From Thermoplasmata archaeon (GTDB lineage Archaea > Thermoplasmatota > Thermoplasmata > WALJ01), in NCBI GenBank assembly GCA_027006785.1, contig JALTFR010000032.1:67685-131684 (forward strand): DNA of 64,000 nucleotides, given 5' to 3'. How positions within the stretch are numbered: position 1 is the first letter of the stretch; each line of letters opens with the position of its first letter. The notes beneath the pieces were generated by a model. The model worked only from the letters and a program-made list of their open reading frames with translations. It searched no databases and was not told the origin of the DNA. This document shows, piece by piece, positions 39,171 to 48,611 of this stretch. The position numbers and the translations under genes were made by a program.

Positions 39171-39737
39171 ATGAGTGAGAAAGAGAACGGAAAAATGAAT
39201 AAGGTGGCGTTCTGCCCGACGATGGGCGTTTTCATGGAGCGCCTCGACGATATGAGCGATATAGAACAGGTACCTGTGGGAAGTGCGGGCCAGGCCCTCG
39301 TCCTTCTTAGAACCGGACAGGTTGAGGGTGTCATTATCGGAAGGTACGCTAAGGCAATGGAACTGCCGAACAACGCGAAATTCGTTAAATTGATGGGTGG
39401 AAGAACACTGGTATATCTCCAGAAAATGGGTGTGCCAGTGGAGGCGTTGAAGGATGTGGATGTGCTCACCTATCTCAAACCGGAGGAAATAGCGGATATA
39501 TCCGGTCTTTTCAGGCATGTGGAGCATCTGGAAAGCCTGGATGACTGCCTGAGATACGGGCTGAAAATACCGGTGATAATAGACTGGAACGACTATCGGG
39601 ACGACTTCGAGCTTCTCATACCTGTCAATGAAAGAGGGGACAAGGTGCTGGATTTCAGGGCTCCGGTGCTATATCACACCGGCATTCCGCAGGAAACCGT
39701 TTCCGAGATTGAAAAAAGGATAGGTGAGAAATCATGA
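39171..39737 (+). CDS. Hypothetical cytoplasmic protein, possibly PBP2-like fold
   Basis: GGAGGT RBS; AFCPTM; SAGQALVLLRTGQVEGVIIGR; ATGA coupling to next gene. Confidence 0.75.
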   Translation: MSEKENGKMNKVAFCPTMGVFMERLDDMSDIEQVPVGSAGQALVLLRTGQVEGVIIGRYAKAMELPNNAKFVKLMGGRTLVYLQKMGVPVEALKDVDVLTYLKPEEIADISGLFRHVEHLESLDDCLRYGLKIPVIIDWNDYRDDFELLIPVNERGDKVLDFRAPVLYHTGIPQETVSEIEKRIGEKS

Positions 39738-40141
39738 CCGCAACAGACTTAAATATGGAAAAAGAATCGAGAAGCATGAAGATAGCGATACCGAGCACGG
39801 ATGACAGAGGCTTTGACAGCCAGGTTGAGCAGCATTTCGGAAGGGCGAGGTACTATACCATCGTGAACACGGAGGATATGAGCGCGAAGTCGGTTCCCGT
39901 GCCATTTGAGAACCACGGGCCCGGCGATATACCGAATTTTCTGAAAGAGCATGGCGCTAATGTCATAATAGCATACGGAATGGGAGGAAAAGCCGTTCAG
40001 TTCTTTGACGATATGGGCATAGAGGTCATAACAGGTGCCATGGGAAGGGTCGGCGATGTGGTGGATGCCTACATGAAGGCAAAGCTGGCCGTGGACAGCA
40101 ACTGGAAGGACGATCCCGGATTCGGAGAGCACAAACACTGA
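39734..40141 (+). CDS. NifB/NifX family (dinitrogenase FeMo-cofactor domain) protein
   Basis: MKIAIP, HFGRARYY, ANVIIAYGMGGKAVQFF. Confidence 0.9.
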   Translation: MTATDLNMEKESRSMKIAIPSTDDRGFDSQVEQHFGRARYYTIVNTEDMSAKSVPVPFENHGPGDIPNFLKEHGANVIIAYGMGGKAVQFFDDMGIEVITGAMGRVGDVVDAYMKAKLAVDSNWKDDPGFGEHKH

Positions 40142-40197
40142 AACCCTGCGACCAAAACGAATTTTAACTATGACCGTATTAAACCCCCGGTGATAGT

Positions 40198-40455
40198 TTG
40201 GATGCTCTACCTGTGATCGCAGGCCTGGTGAGCGCTCTCGGCCTGCTCATGATGCTGATATCCCTGATAGCCTACAGGAGGACAGGGATGAACAGGATTC
40301 TGGCAATGGCCGGGATATCCGCGATACTGATGCTCAAGGGAATACTGATGCTGCTGGGCGTCTGGAATGTGGTGGAACTCAGCTACGAGATGATGGCCGC
40401 TGTGGACCTTTTGATGGCGTTTGTTCTGGCAGGGGCCATATTCGGAAAGGAGTGA
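40198..40455 (+). CDS. Small 3-TM membrane protein
   Basis: TTG after GGTGA; ISLIAYRRTG motif seen in small archaeal membrane proteins upstream of HTH regulators. Confidence 0.75.
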   Translation: MDALPVIAGLVSALGLLMMLISLIAYRRTGMNRILAMAGISAILMLKGILMLLGVWNVVELSYEMMAAVDLLMAFVLAGAIFGKE

Positions 40456-40456
40456 C

Positions 40457-40975
40457 ATGGAGAAGATACTTCAGCTGGAGGCGAGAAGGCGCGTATTCGA
40501 AGCGGTGCGCGATAATCCCGGAATACACATGAGGGGTCTCGAGAGAGTGACGGGTATGCCCATGGGAACCCTGCGCTACCAGTTGAGGTACCTTGAGAAG
40601 CACGGCCTCATAGTTGAGAGGAAGGAGGGCAGGATGGTGACATACTACCCCTCCGAGGGAAAGAACATCGTTGACGCTCAGGACAAGAGATATCTGGCGA
40701 TACTCAGGCAGGAGATACCCCGCCTCATAGTCCTTCACCTCATGATGAACCCGAACTCCACGCACGGTGACCTCAAACCACACTTCAAGATATCCCCTTC
40801 GACCCTCTCTTACCACCTGAAGAAACTGACGGACTCGGGAATTCTCATAAAGGAGGATGGCAGATACAGGGTCAGGGACGAGGAGAGGGTGGCGAAGGTG
40901 CTCATCACATACAGGCAGACCTTCGTGGATGCCATGGTTGACGCGTTCGTGAGGTTCTGGGAGGGAAGGAAGTGA
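40457..40975 (+). CDS. Double winged-HTH transcriptional regulator (ArsR/COG3398-like)
   Basis: NPGIHMRGL...GTLRYQLRYLE and ISPSTLSYHLKKL. Confidence 0.88.
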   Translation: MEKILQLEARRRVFEAVRDNPGIHMRGLERVTGMPMGTLRYQLRYLEKHGLIVERKEGRMVTYYPSEGKNIVDAQDKRYLAILRQEIPRLIVLHLMMNPNSTHGDLKPHFKISPSTLSYHLKKLTDSGILIKEDGRYRVRDEERVAKVLITYRQTFVDAMVDAFVRFWEGRK

Positions 40976-42576
40976 GCGTTCTCATCCTCGACGCATATGT
41001 GGACGAGCCTGCGGCATTGGGTGTTCCGCCGTACATATCTCAGTACCCGAGATACCTCTGGGGAGCGATGAGATCTGCTGGCAGAGAGGTGCATTATGCG
41101 ACCATAGACCAGTACAGGCATGGAAAGGTGTCGCTGGATTACGAATATGTGGTGGTGATAGGCGGTGCAATAGTGCCGGGCAGGTACATGAGAGGGCTTC
41201 CCGCATCCATGAAGGAGCTCAGGGAGATAGAGCTCTACATCAAAGGGACCTCGATACTCGGCGGTCCCGTGGCCATGTTCTCGAAGGAAGCGGAGGCTAT
41301 GGGATATGACCATGTGGCGAAGCTGGACACGGAGGCATCGGTCTTCGACCTCATAGAAAAGGGAAAATTCACACAGCGCAGGAGGACATACGAGGAATGG
41401 CTGGAATGGTCGGTGAAAGGCGCTGAGATGGTGAAAGAGCACCCTGATTTTCCACACTATGTCATAGCCGAGATAGAGTCCTTCAGGGGATGCCCGAGGT
41501 ACTTTACTGGAGGCTGTTCCTTCTGCATAGAGCCGATGTACGGAAAGCCCGCTTTCCGCCCGGCTGAGAACATAATAGCCGAGATAAAGGGGATGTACGA
41601 TGCAGGGCTGAGAAATTTCAGGATCGGAGCGCAGACAGACATATTCTCCTACATGGCGGAGGGAATTGGAAAATACGAGGCTCCGGAACCCAACGTGGAT
41701 GCCATTGAGGAGTTATTCAAAGGAATATGGGACTGCTGCCCTGATATAGAGGTTCTTCACCTGGACAATGCGAACCCTTCCACCATCGCAAGGCACCCTG
41801 AGGAATCGGAAAGGGTGGCGGAGCTTCTGGTGAAGTACACGACACCGGGAAACACCTTGGCGTTCGGAATGGAGAGCGCCGACCCTGTAGTTATAGAGGA
41901 GAACAACCTGAACGCAACGCCGGATGAGGTGATGTTAGCCATCGAGCTTCTAAACAGGGTTGGAAAGGAGGGGGGAGAGAACGGATTGCCCCGGCTCCTT
42001 CCCGGATTGAACTTCCTCGGAGGTCTGAAAGGAGAGAGCAGGCGGACATACCGCCTCAACTACGAATTCCTGAAGGAAGTTCTGGACAGGGACCTCATGC
42101 TCAGGAGGATAAACATCCGGCAGGTCGCACCCATAAGGACCGAGTTCCCCCGCATCCTTTACAGGGACTTCATGCACTTCAAGAACAGGGTGAGAAGGGA
42201 GATAGACGCTCCCATGCTTGAAAGGGTCGCACCCGCTGGCATAGTTCTGAGAAAGGTGTATCTGGAACTCAACAAAGGCGGAGTGACATACGGGCGGCAG
42301 ATAGGCTCATACCCGCTGACCGTTCAACTGCCATACAGCACCGATGTGGAGCGCTCCGTGGATGTCCTCATAACAGGCCACAGGGAGAGGAGCATAGGCG
42401 GTGTGGAGGTCCCGCTGAACATAAACACGGCTCCTCGCAGGGCGATAGAGGAACTGCCCAATATAGGAAAGAAGAGAGCACTCCGCATAGTCACAGGCAG
42501 GCCGTATAGGAGCCCCGACGATTTGAAAAGTGTTCTGGACGAAAATCTTGATCTGGCTCAGTATATCACATTTTAA
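40972..42576 (+). CDS. Radical SAM protein, COG1031-like, with C-terminal TRAM-like and HhH domains
   Basis: ILDAYVDEPAALGVPPYIS, RGCPRYFTGGCSFCIEP, HLDNANP, GRQIGSYP, LPNIGKKRA. Confidence 0.88.
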   Translation: MSVLILDAYVDEPAALGVPPYISQYPRYLWGAMRSAGREVHYATIDQYRHGKVSLDYEYVVVIGGAIVPGRYMRGLPASMKELREIELYIKGTSILGGPVAMFSKEAEAMGYDHVAKLDTEASVFDLIEKGKFTQRRRTYEEWLEWSVKGAEMVKEHPDFPHYVIAEIESFRGCPRYFTGGCSFCIEPMYGKPAFRPAENIIAEIKGMYDAGLRNFRIGAQTDIFSYMAEGIGKYEAPEPNVDAIEELFKGIWDCCPDIEVLHLDNANPSTIARHPEESERVAELLVKYTTPGNTLAFGMESADPVVIEENNLNATPDEVMLAIELLNRVGKEGGENGLPRLLPGLNFLGGLKGESRRTYRLNYEFLKEVLDRDLMLRRINIRQVAPIRTEFPRILYRDFMHFKNRVRREIDAPMLERVAPAGIVLRKVYLELNKGGVTYGRQIGSYPLTVQLPYSTDVERSVDVLITGHRERSIGGVEVPLNINTAPRRAIEELPNIGKKRALRIVTGRPYRSPDDLKSVLDENLDLAQYITF

Positions 42577-44050
42577 TGGGCATTTTCCCGCGTTTCCGTC
42601 CTTTTCCTATCATGGAAGAATCTATCTTTATGACTGAAACGAGTATTATTCCCACGGCAGCGCTCAGCATATTGGATATTGCCATGCCGTACCAGATGCC
42701 TGTAGAGCCAAGACCGAAAATAAGGCTGAACGAGTAGCAGAGAGGGAGCCTCAGTCCCCACAGCCTTATGGTGCTCATAATGAGGTTGAACTCGGTTCTT
42801 CCGCTCCCGTTGAAGTACCCCATGGAGGCGCGGAATATGCTGAAGAAGGGCATACCGAGCGCGATTATTGACATGAATACCACACCGTTCTCGATAACCA
42901 GAGGATCGTTAGTGAAGAATGCAAGTATCTGCTCGGCAAAGAGAAAGAAGATTGCTGAGAAACCCCACAATATGGCAAAGCTTATCCCACCTACCTTCCA
43001 GTAGCTCTCCTTGGCCCGTTCTATCTTTCCTGCACCTATGTTCTGGCCGACTATGGTCGTCAGTGAGAATGCCAGACCATCTACTATTATGAATGTCAGA
43101 TTCACCATTCTGTTACCTATGCCGTATGCGGACATGGCAATCCTCGAATTCGGAATACCGTTGGTGTATCCGGGAATGGCCGCTATTATCAGCATCATAA
43201 CAAAGAATCCGATTGCCGTGAATGTCATGGCAAGGGACATGGGAGTGCCTATGCGTATTATTTTCTTTATAAGATTCATATCAGGATTCACATCCTTTTT
43301 TCTGACCCTTATATCTGCCTTTCCTGCGTAAAGCCAGTACATGGCTATGGCTGCCGAGAGCATTCTTGAAAGCAGTGTTGCAATGGCAGCCCCCACTATT
43401 CCCATGGCCGGAAAACCAAACCAGCCGAATATCATAATGGGATCAAGTATTATGTTCAAAGTCAGGGTCAATCCGTTTATCCACATGGGTGTGACCGTGT
43501 TCCCCCAGCCCCTGAGTATCATGCTGAACACTATGCTCAGGAACATGAAAGGAAGGCTGAGGAATATCACCCTCGCATAGTCTATGGCCATCCGGGTGAC
43601 CTGTGGGTCTGCACCTATGAACTCCACGATTTCGTCCACGAAGAAGAAGCCGAGCACGGCCATGGTGAATGAGACAACAACAGAGAAGAATACCATCTGG
43701 CCTGCCACCCTGTCCACCATCTTGCGGTTGCCCGCACCGGTATACTGGGACACGAGGGCCGTTCCTGCAGTACCGAAGCCCATCGCAAGCGACATGAAGA
43801 TGAATATAAGGGGCCACGACACATTCATGGCCGCTATGGCTATCATGCTCTCGCCCTCCGGAAGATGCCCCACCCAGAACATATCCGCAAGGTTGTAGCC
43901 CGACTGCATGAGGCTCGTTACCATCATGGGCCAGCCGAGAATGAATGCTGCCTTGATGACATTGCCGTTGATAATCTCGTTCTGCACTTCCTTCGGGCTT
44001 CTCATTAACGACCCGATGCTTTCCATATTTAAAAAGGTTTGTATCTTCAT
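42566..44050 (-). CDS. MATE family efflux transporter
   Basis: YNLADMFWVG, LRGWGNTVTPM, NIILDPIMIFG, GIVGAAIAT, VGQNIGAG; exact start uncertain. Confidence 0.94.
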   Translation of the reverse strand: MKIQTFLNMESIGSLMRSPKEVQNEIINGNVIKAAFILGWPMMVTSLMQSGYNLADMFWVGHLPEGESMIAIAAMNVSWPLIFIFMSLAMGFGTAGTALVSQYTGAGNRKMVDRVAGQMVFFSVVVSFTMAVLGFFFVDEIVEFIGADPQVTRMAIDYARVIFLSLPFMFLSIVFSMILRGWGNTVTPMWINGLTLTLNIILDPIMIFGWFGFPAMGIVGAAIATLLSRMLSAAIAMYWLYAGKADIRVRKKDVNPDMNLIKKIIRIGTPMSLAMTFTAIGFFVMMLIIAAIPGYTNGIPNSRIAMSAYGIGNRMVNLTFIIVDGLAFSLTTIVGQNIGAGKIERAKESYWKVGGISFAILWGFSAIFFLFAEQILAFFTNDPLVIENGVVFMSIIALGMPFFSIFRASMGYFNGSGRTEFNLIMSTIRLWGLRLPLCYSFSLIFGLGSTGIWYGMAISNMLSAAVGIILVSVIKIDSSMIGKGRKRGKMPIKM

Positions 44051-44099
44051 GCAAGTGTTATCTGGAAAGTATGAAATACTGTTAAACTTCCGGGAAAAT

Positions 44100-44753
44100 G
44101 TGTCAAAGAACTGGATGAAAGAGAAGAGGCATGACTACTACTACCGGAAGGCGAAGCAGACCGGATACCGTTCAAGGGCATCCTACAAGCTCATCCAGAT
44201 AGACAGAAAATTCCATATCTTCAGAAAAGGCGACCTTGTGGTGGAACTGGGTGCCGCACCGGGCGGATGGTCACAGGTCGCTCTGGAACTGATAGGCGAG
44301 GAAGGAAGGCTCGTGGGCGTTGACCTTCAGGGAATAAGGCCATTAGAGGGGGCTATCTTCATAAAGGGAGATTTCACCGATGATGCAGTTAAGGAGCGCA
44401 TAAGGGAGGAACTCGGAGGGAGAAATCCATCGGTCGTCATTTCGGACATGTCCCCCAACATCTCAGGTGCATACTCCACGGACCATGCCCGCTCCGTATA
44501 CCTCACCGAACTTGCACTGGATTTCGCAATAGAGAACCTGAAGAAAGGCGGTGTCTTCGTGGCAAAGGTATTCGAAGGCGACCTTCTCCCGCCTCTTCTC
44601 AAAAAAGCGAGGGCGAACTTCGGAATGGTGAAGATGCACTCACCTCCTGCCTCTCGAAGCTCAAGTTCAGAGATATACATAGTTGCCAAGGGCTTCAGGG
44701 GAAGGCCTGAAAATCGGGAAAGATCTCCCGAACCCGTGAATGAGGGCACATGA
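44100..44753 (+). CDS. rlmE: 23S rRNA Um2552 methyltransferase RlmE/FtsJ
   Basis: DYYYRKAK..GYRSRASYKL, LGAAPGGWSQV, ISDMSP, KVFEG, SRSSSSEIY; GTG start at 44100. Confidence 0.95.
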   Translation: MSKNWMKEKRHDYYYRKAKQTGYRSRASYKLIQIDRKFHIFRKGDLVVELGAAPGGWSQVALELIGEEGRLVGVDLQGIRPLEGAIFIKGDFTDDAVKERIREELGGRNPSVVISDMSPNISGAYSTDHARSVYLTELALDFAIENLKKGGVFVAKVFEGDLLPPLLKKARANFGMVKMHSPPASRSSSSEIYIVAKGFRGRPENRERSPEPVNEGT

Positions 44754-45081
44754 AAAGATGTGATGGCAGGGGCGAGTCCGATGAACCGAAACCCGCGACA
44801 TACGGACATTCCAGCATCCTTTTTGCGCTCTCCACCTCATTCGCACCCTCCTTTATGAGCACGGAGTCCACCTCTGCGTGCTCAAGCAGATAATCTATGT
44901 GCCATTTTCTCTTCTTTTCTGCTCTGAGATGCCTTTTAACCCTTGCCTCAATACCTCCGGGGCCATATGCCGAGCCGACATATGCATATTCTCCGCGGTT
45001 AAAATGCAATCTTCCCAGCGCTCCAACCTTTATTTCCACGCCCTCAGGCACCCTTATCAGAAGTATATATATCCCTTTCAC
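44695..45081 (-). CDS. DUF123 GIY-YIG (Uri superfamily) nuclease
   Basis: MKGIYIL, YAYVGSA, RVKRH, WHIDYL, GFGSSD..SHL. Confidence 0.88.
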   Translation of the reverse strand: MKGIYILLIRVPEGVEIKVGALGRLHFNRGEYAYVGSAYGPGGIEARVKRHLRAEKKRKWHIDYLLEHAEVDSVLIKEGANEVESAKRMLECPYVAGFGSSDSPLPSHLFMCPHSRVREIFPDFQAFP

Positions 45082-45800
45082 TCCATATACCTTCCGCCGT
45101 TCACATTGATGGTCTCACCGGTTATGTGCTCGTTCTCTATCAGGAAGCGGACAGCATGGGCGATCTCCTCTGGCTTGGCTATTCTGCCCATCAGGGACAT
45201 CTTTGCGAGCTTCTGCTTCATGTCCTCCGTAAGAAACTCCGTGTCCACAGGTCCGGGCGCAACCGCATTGACGCGTATATTGTACGGAGCGAGTTCCTTT
45301 GCCAGGGCTTTCATCATACCGAGCAGGCCCGCCTTGGATGCAGCATAATGCGCTCCGACATTGCCCCCGTCCTTTCCGGCTATTGAGGATATGTACACGA
45401 TATTGCCGGATCTCTCCTTTTTCATGTACTTTGCAGCCGCCCTGCTGCAGTAAAACGCTCCTCTGAGGTTTATTCCCATGACCCTGTCCCATTCCTGATC
45501 GGGTATGTCCTCAATTCTCTTTGCCTTGGGAAGTATGCCAGCATTGTTCACTAGAACATCTATCTTTCCCCACTCGTCCATCACCTGCTGTATCAGGTTC
45601 TCCGCATCATCCTTCCATGATACATCGGCCTTTATCAGCAGCGCCTCTGAGCCAAGTTCTTTCACCATTCTTGCGGTCTCATGGGCTATCATCTCATCCC
45701 TATCATAGTTTATCACAACAGAGTATCCGTGTTCCGCAAGCTCAAGTGCTATTGCCTTTCCTATGCCCCTGCTGGAGCCGGTTATGAGAGCGCTCTTCAT
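45078..45800 (-). CDS. fabG: SDR oxidoreductase, FabG-like
   Basis: TGSSRGIG, LVNNAG, YAASK, VNAVAPG, ITGETINVNGG. Confidence 0.88.
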   Translation of the reverse strand: MKSALITGSSRGIGKAIALELAEHGYSVVINYDRDEMIAHETARMVKELGSEALLIKADVSWKDDAENLIQQVMDEWGKIDVLVNNAGILPKAKRIEDIPDQEWDRVMGINLRGAFYCSRAAAKYMKKERSGNIVYISSIAGKDGGNVGAHYAASKAGLLGMMKALAKELAPYNIRVNAVAPGPVDTEFLTEDMKQKLAKMSLMGRIAKPEEIAHAVRFLIENEHITGETINVNGGRYME

Positions 45801-45839
45801 ATAATCTCCTGAATAAGATGGAATTAAAGGTAAGGGGTT

Positions 45840-46745
45840 TCAGTATTTGTCTATTGAGACCAGTTCAACGGTGAATATCAGTGTCCTTCCCCTTGTAAGG
45901 TCGTTGTAGTCTATGGTGTATGTACCGTTCTGCAGGTCAACTTCCGTGAGTACGAATGTCTTTTTCTTCCCATCGGTACTGTGCTGTGGTACGCCTGAGC
46001 CCTTTATGTGATATGCATCATCAGGACCTATGAGGTTCCTGACCTCTATGCTCCCGTTTCCATTGTTGGCGGAACTGTCCATATTTATTACCTTCACGTA
46101 CCAGCGTCCATTGAAATATGTGGCACCTTCCTGAGGTTGATTGTCGAGTATGCAGTATCCATCCATTACATTCTCAACAGTCATGTTCCAGTGAAATTTC
46201 GGATTTTCAACGACCATACCTACCTTTGGATTCTTTCCGAATACGTAGAGGAATCTGGAGTTAGGATACTGTTCCTTTATGGTGACGTTCTCCACCAGAG
46301 GATGCTTCTCTATCAGATTTGGGTCGCCGTATCCGTATCCTTTCTCGGGAGGTATCACTATGGTCTTCGTCTCTCCGGGTTTCATGCCGATAAGTCCGTC
46401 TTTGAATCCCTCTATAACAGAAGTATAGCTCCCGTCACTTCCATCACCGACATGAACCATCAGAGGTTTGTACTCGTATTTTGGGCGCATCTGGAAGGTA
46501 GGTGTCTTTGGATAGGATTTGTTGTCTATTGCGACATTGTAAAGCGATGTATCAAAAACCAGTCCGCCTCCATATTCTGGAGCGAGCATCCCGATGTAAT
46601 TGACCTTTACATTGGAGCCTTCTCTCACTGCTTTCTCGTTGTCAGCCGGTGGCTGAAGTGCAGGTACCACTGCGAACTGGTAAACGGCTGCCACGATAGC
46701 GATGACGACAATCCACGTTAGAGCATATACAATCCATTTCTTCAT
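45840..46745 (-). CDS. Membrane-anchored FKBP-type peptidyl-prolyl isomerase with large insertion
   Basis: N-terminal TM; VKVNYIG, VFDTS, VIEGFKDGLIGMKPGE, IPPEKGYG, DYN.L.GRTLIFTV. Confidence 0.85.
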   Translation of the reverse strand: MKKWIVYALTWIVVIAIVAAVYQFAVVPALQPPADNEKAVREGSNVKVNYIGMLAPEYGGGLVFDTSLYNVAIDNKSYPKTPTFQMRPKYEYKPLMVHVGDGSDGSYTSVIEGFKDGLIGMKPGETKTIVIPPEKGYGYGDPNLIEKHPLVENVTIKEQYPNSRFLYVFGKNPKVGMVVENPKFHWNMTVENVMDGYCILDNQPQEGATYFNGRWYVKVINMDSSANNGNGSIEVRNLIGPDDAYHIKGSGVPQHSTDGKKKTFVLTEVDLQNGTYTIDYNDLTRGRTLIFTVELVSIDKY

Positions 46746-46791
46746 AGAATCACCCGGACATTCGGCACCTTAATAAATAGTTTGCCCAAAG

Positions 46792-47694
46792 TCAATCCTC
46801 TGTACATTCCAAGGTTATTCCTTCTGGAGATATTTCTGTGCTCTCTACGACCCCTTCATCTCCTATAATATATTCAACGGCCCTAGTTACGGAATCCTCT
46901 ACCTTCTCATCAACCAGAAAATAGACCGCAGGTCCCCATGAGCTCTGTCCCGCACCATAGGCACCGGCAGACATGCCTGCCTGAATCAGTTCTGAGACTA
47001 TTTCATGTGAGAAATCGCCTTTCTGCGAGGCGGAGAACATTTTTCCAGTCTCCCTGTCTATCCTCTCGAGTATCTTTCCGGTTTTTGAGATGTCACGGGA
47101 TTCTATGGCCTTTTCAAGCATGACAGCAAGGTCCTCGGAGTTCCCAATGCCTTTATCCATCCTTTTCATGGCCTTTTTCTCCTCTTCTCCGTAGAAATCA
47201 TGTCTGCTCTCGGGGAGCGCCACAACGAAGCGCCAGTCCGAAGGCGTTATTATGGAAGACGCTCTGCCATCAGGGTGTATTATCACCAGCCCGCCTTTTA
47301 CAAGTGACTCAATGCCGGCCCTCGAATTCCTCCCCCTTCCGAAAAAATCTGCTATTTCATGTATCTCAATTTCAAGGTCGTAAAGTGCCGAAATGCCCAT
47401 TCCCACAGACAGTGCCATCCTTGTTCCGGAACCAAAACCTGCATGTCTCGGTATGGCCTTTCTCACCTCTATTTCAACTCCTCTTTCGGGAGCATAGTTT
47501 TCAATGAAATCCATGGCCATCCTGAATATCTCATCGGAAAGAGGGCCGGAGACATGAAGTTCTCTGCTTTTTTCTAGTGAAATCTCGAGGAACGGTGAAT
47601 TTATGCTGACAGCTACCGAACCCGGAGTGCTGTCGTATACCGCAGGTATGAATCCCAGATGAAGTCGTGCAGGCGCCCTTACCAGAACAGCCAT
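46792..47694 (-). CDS. Beta-ribofuranosylaminobenzene 5'-phosphate synthase family (GHMP)
   Basis: PARLHLGF, IPRHAGFGSGT, GRG..S, GQSSWGPAVY. Confidence 0.85.
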   Translation of the reverse strand: MAVLVRAPARLHLGFIPAVYDSTPGSVAVSINSPFLEISLEKSRELHVSGPLSDEIFRMAMDFIENYAPERGVEIEVRKAIPRHAGFGSGTRMALSVGMGISALYDLEIEIHEIADFFGRGRNSRAGIESLVKGGLVIIHPDGRASSIITPSDWRFVVALPESRHDFYGEEEKKAMKRMDKGIGNSEDLAVMLEKAIESRDISKTGKILERIDRETGKMFSASQKGDFSHEIVSELIQAGMSAGAYGAGQSSWGPAVYFLVDEKVEDSVTRAVEYIIGDEGVVESTEISPEGITLECTED

Positions 47695-47777
47695 ATTGCA
47701 GGAGTAATGCCATATCTATAAAGATTTTCTCGGAAGGCTCTCAGACACCCTTATATATTTCAGAGTGATGGCCAAGC

Positions 47778-48590
47778 ATGGAAGTCCCGGAACTCGTAAG
47801 AAAGGCCTTGGAATACAGAGGCTTTACCGTGGTATCCGATTCCGTAATGCTTGTAGTCAGAGGAGTCGAAGGAGAGTATGTCGTGCTGCTCAAGCATGAA
47901 AACGACACGCCTCCAATTCAGATAGAGGGAAAGAAACTTGTTATTTCCCTTGTAGACGATGCAGAACCGGAGGGCGATATATTCTGGAGCCGCGCTGACT
48001 TTGAGGCATATATAGGACAGGCTCTCCTTTCAGAGGCACTGGGATCCGAAAATCCTGTGGATCTCATCTCCTCATTCGAGGAGACCTTTACAGACAATAG
48101 CGAACCAATCGCCGCCAGATTGCCCGATTCAGAGGTTCTTGGCGAGGAAGAGGGTGTGATAGCCTCGATAAAGGAGACCGTACCTTTTCATGCCATATAT
48201 TTCTCGCTGGAAAGCGATGGGGCCACGGATGCCGGGATAATACTTGTCGATGCTACAGATGGCGTTCCATACAGGGCCGAGGAGCCGCTCTTATCGGGCA
48301 GAGAAATGACGGATCTGGGAGAAGAGAGGAAGGAGCCAACCGTATCGCCCGAGAATGCAAATGACATCGCCATAGATTACATCATATCTTTGCACAGCAG
48401 AGAGGTGGAATCCACAGAAGAGATGGGCTCTGTAACGGTTGTCGAAAAGAAGATTGTCGCCCCATCTCTGTCCGATATATCTTCAAGATATCTGGGAATA
48501 ATTCATATTCCTGTGCTGGTACTGGAAAAAGAGAATCTGACAGAGATAATAGATGCGAGTGGCATTATAGGTTTCAGAAAGCATTATTAA
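47778..48590 (+). CDS. Hypothetical acidic protein
   Basis: 270-aa ORF filling the gap; TATA-like CTTATAT about 25 nt upstream; no recognised motif. Confidence 0.75.
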   Translation: MEVPELVRKALEYRGFTVVSDSVMLVVRGVEGEYVVLLKHENDTPPIQIEGKKLVISLVDDAEPEGDIFWSRADFEAYIGQALLSEALGSENPVDLISSFEETFTDNSEPIAARLPDSEVLGEEEGVIASIKETVPFHAIYFSLESDGATDAGIILVDATDGVPYRAEEPLLSGREMTDLGEERKEPTVSPENANDIAIDYIISLHSREVESTEEMGSVTVVEKKIVAPSLSDISSRYLGIIHIPVLVLEKENLTEIIDASGIIGFRKHY

Positions 48591-48611
48591 GATGTAAAAA
48601 ATAGCCGATAC

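Noticed and set aside
39056-39178. Frame stays open for 39 codons after the radical SAM TGA (selenocysteine or readthrough?)
   Set aside because: The TGA is in a non-conserved tail beyond the SPASM cysteines; no SECIS or Sec machinery seen; plausible by chance.
44695-45081. GIY-YIG gene as a homing endonuclease or mobile element
   Set aside because: DUF123 type, common in archaeal chromosomes, coupled to the SDR gene; no intron or intein context.
31744-45845. 14-bp match AAGGGGTTTCAGTA at about 31744 and 45832
   Set aside because: Both are Tyr-stop followed by a pyrimidine tract on the minus strand; short enough to be terminator-like convergence or chance.
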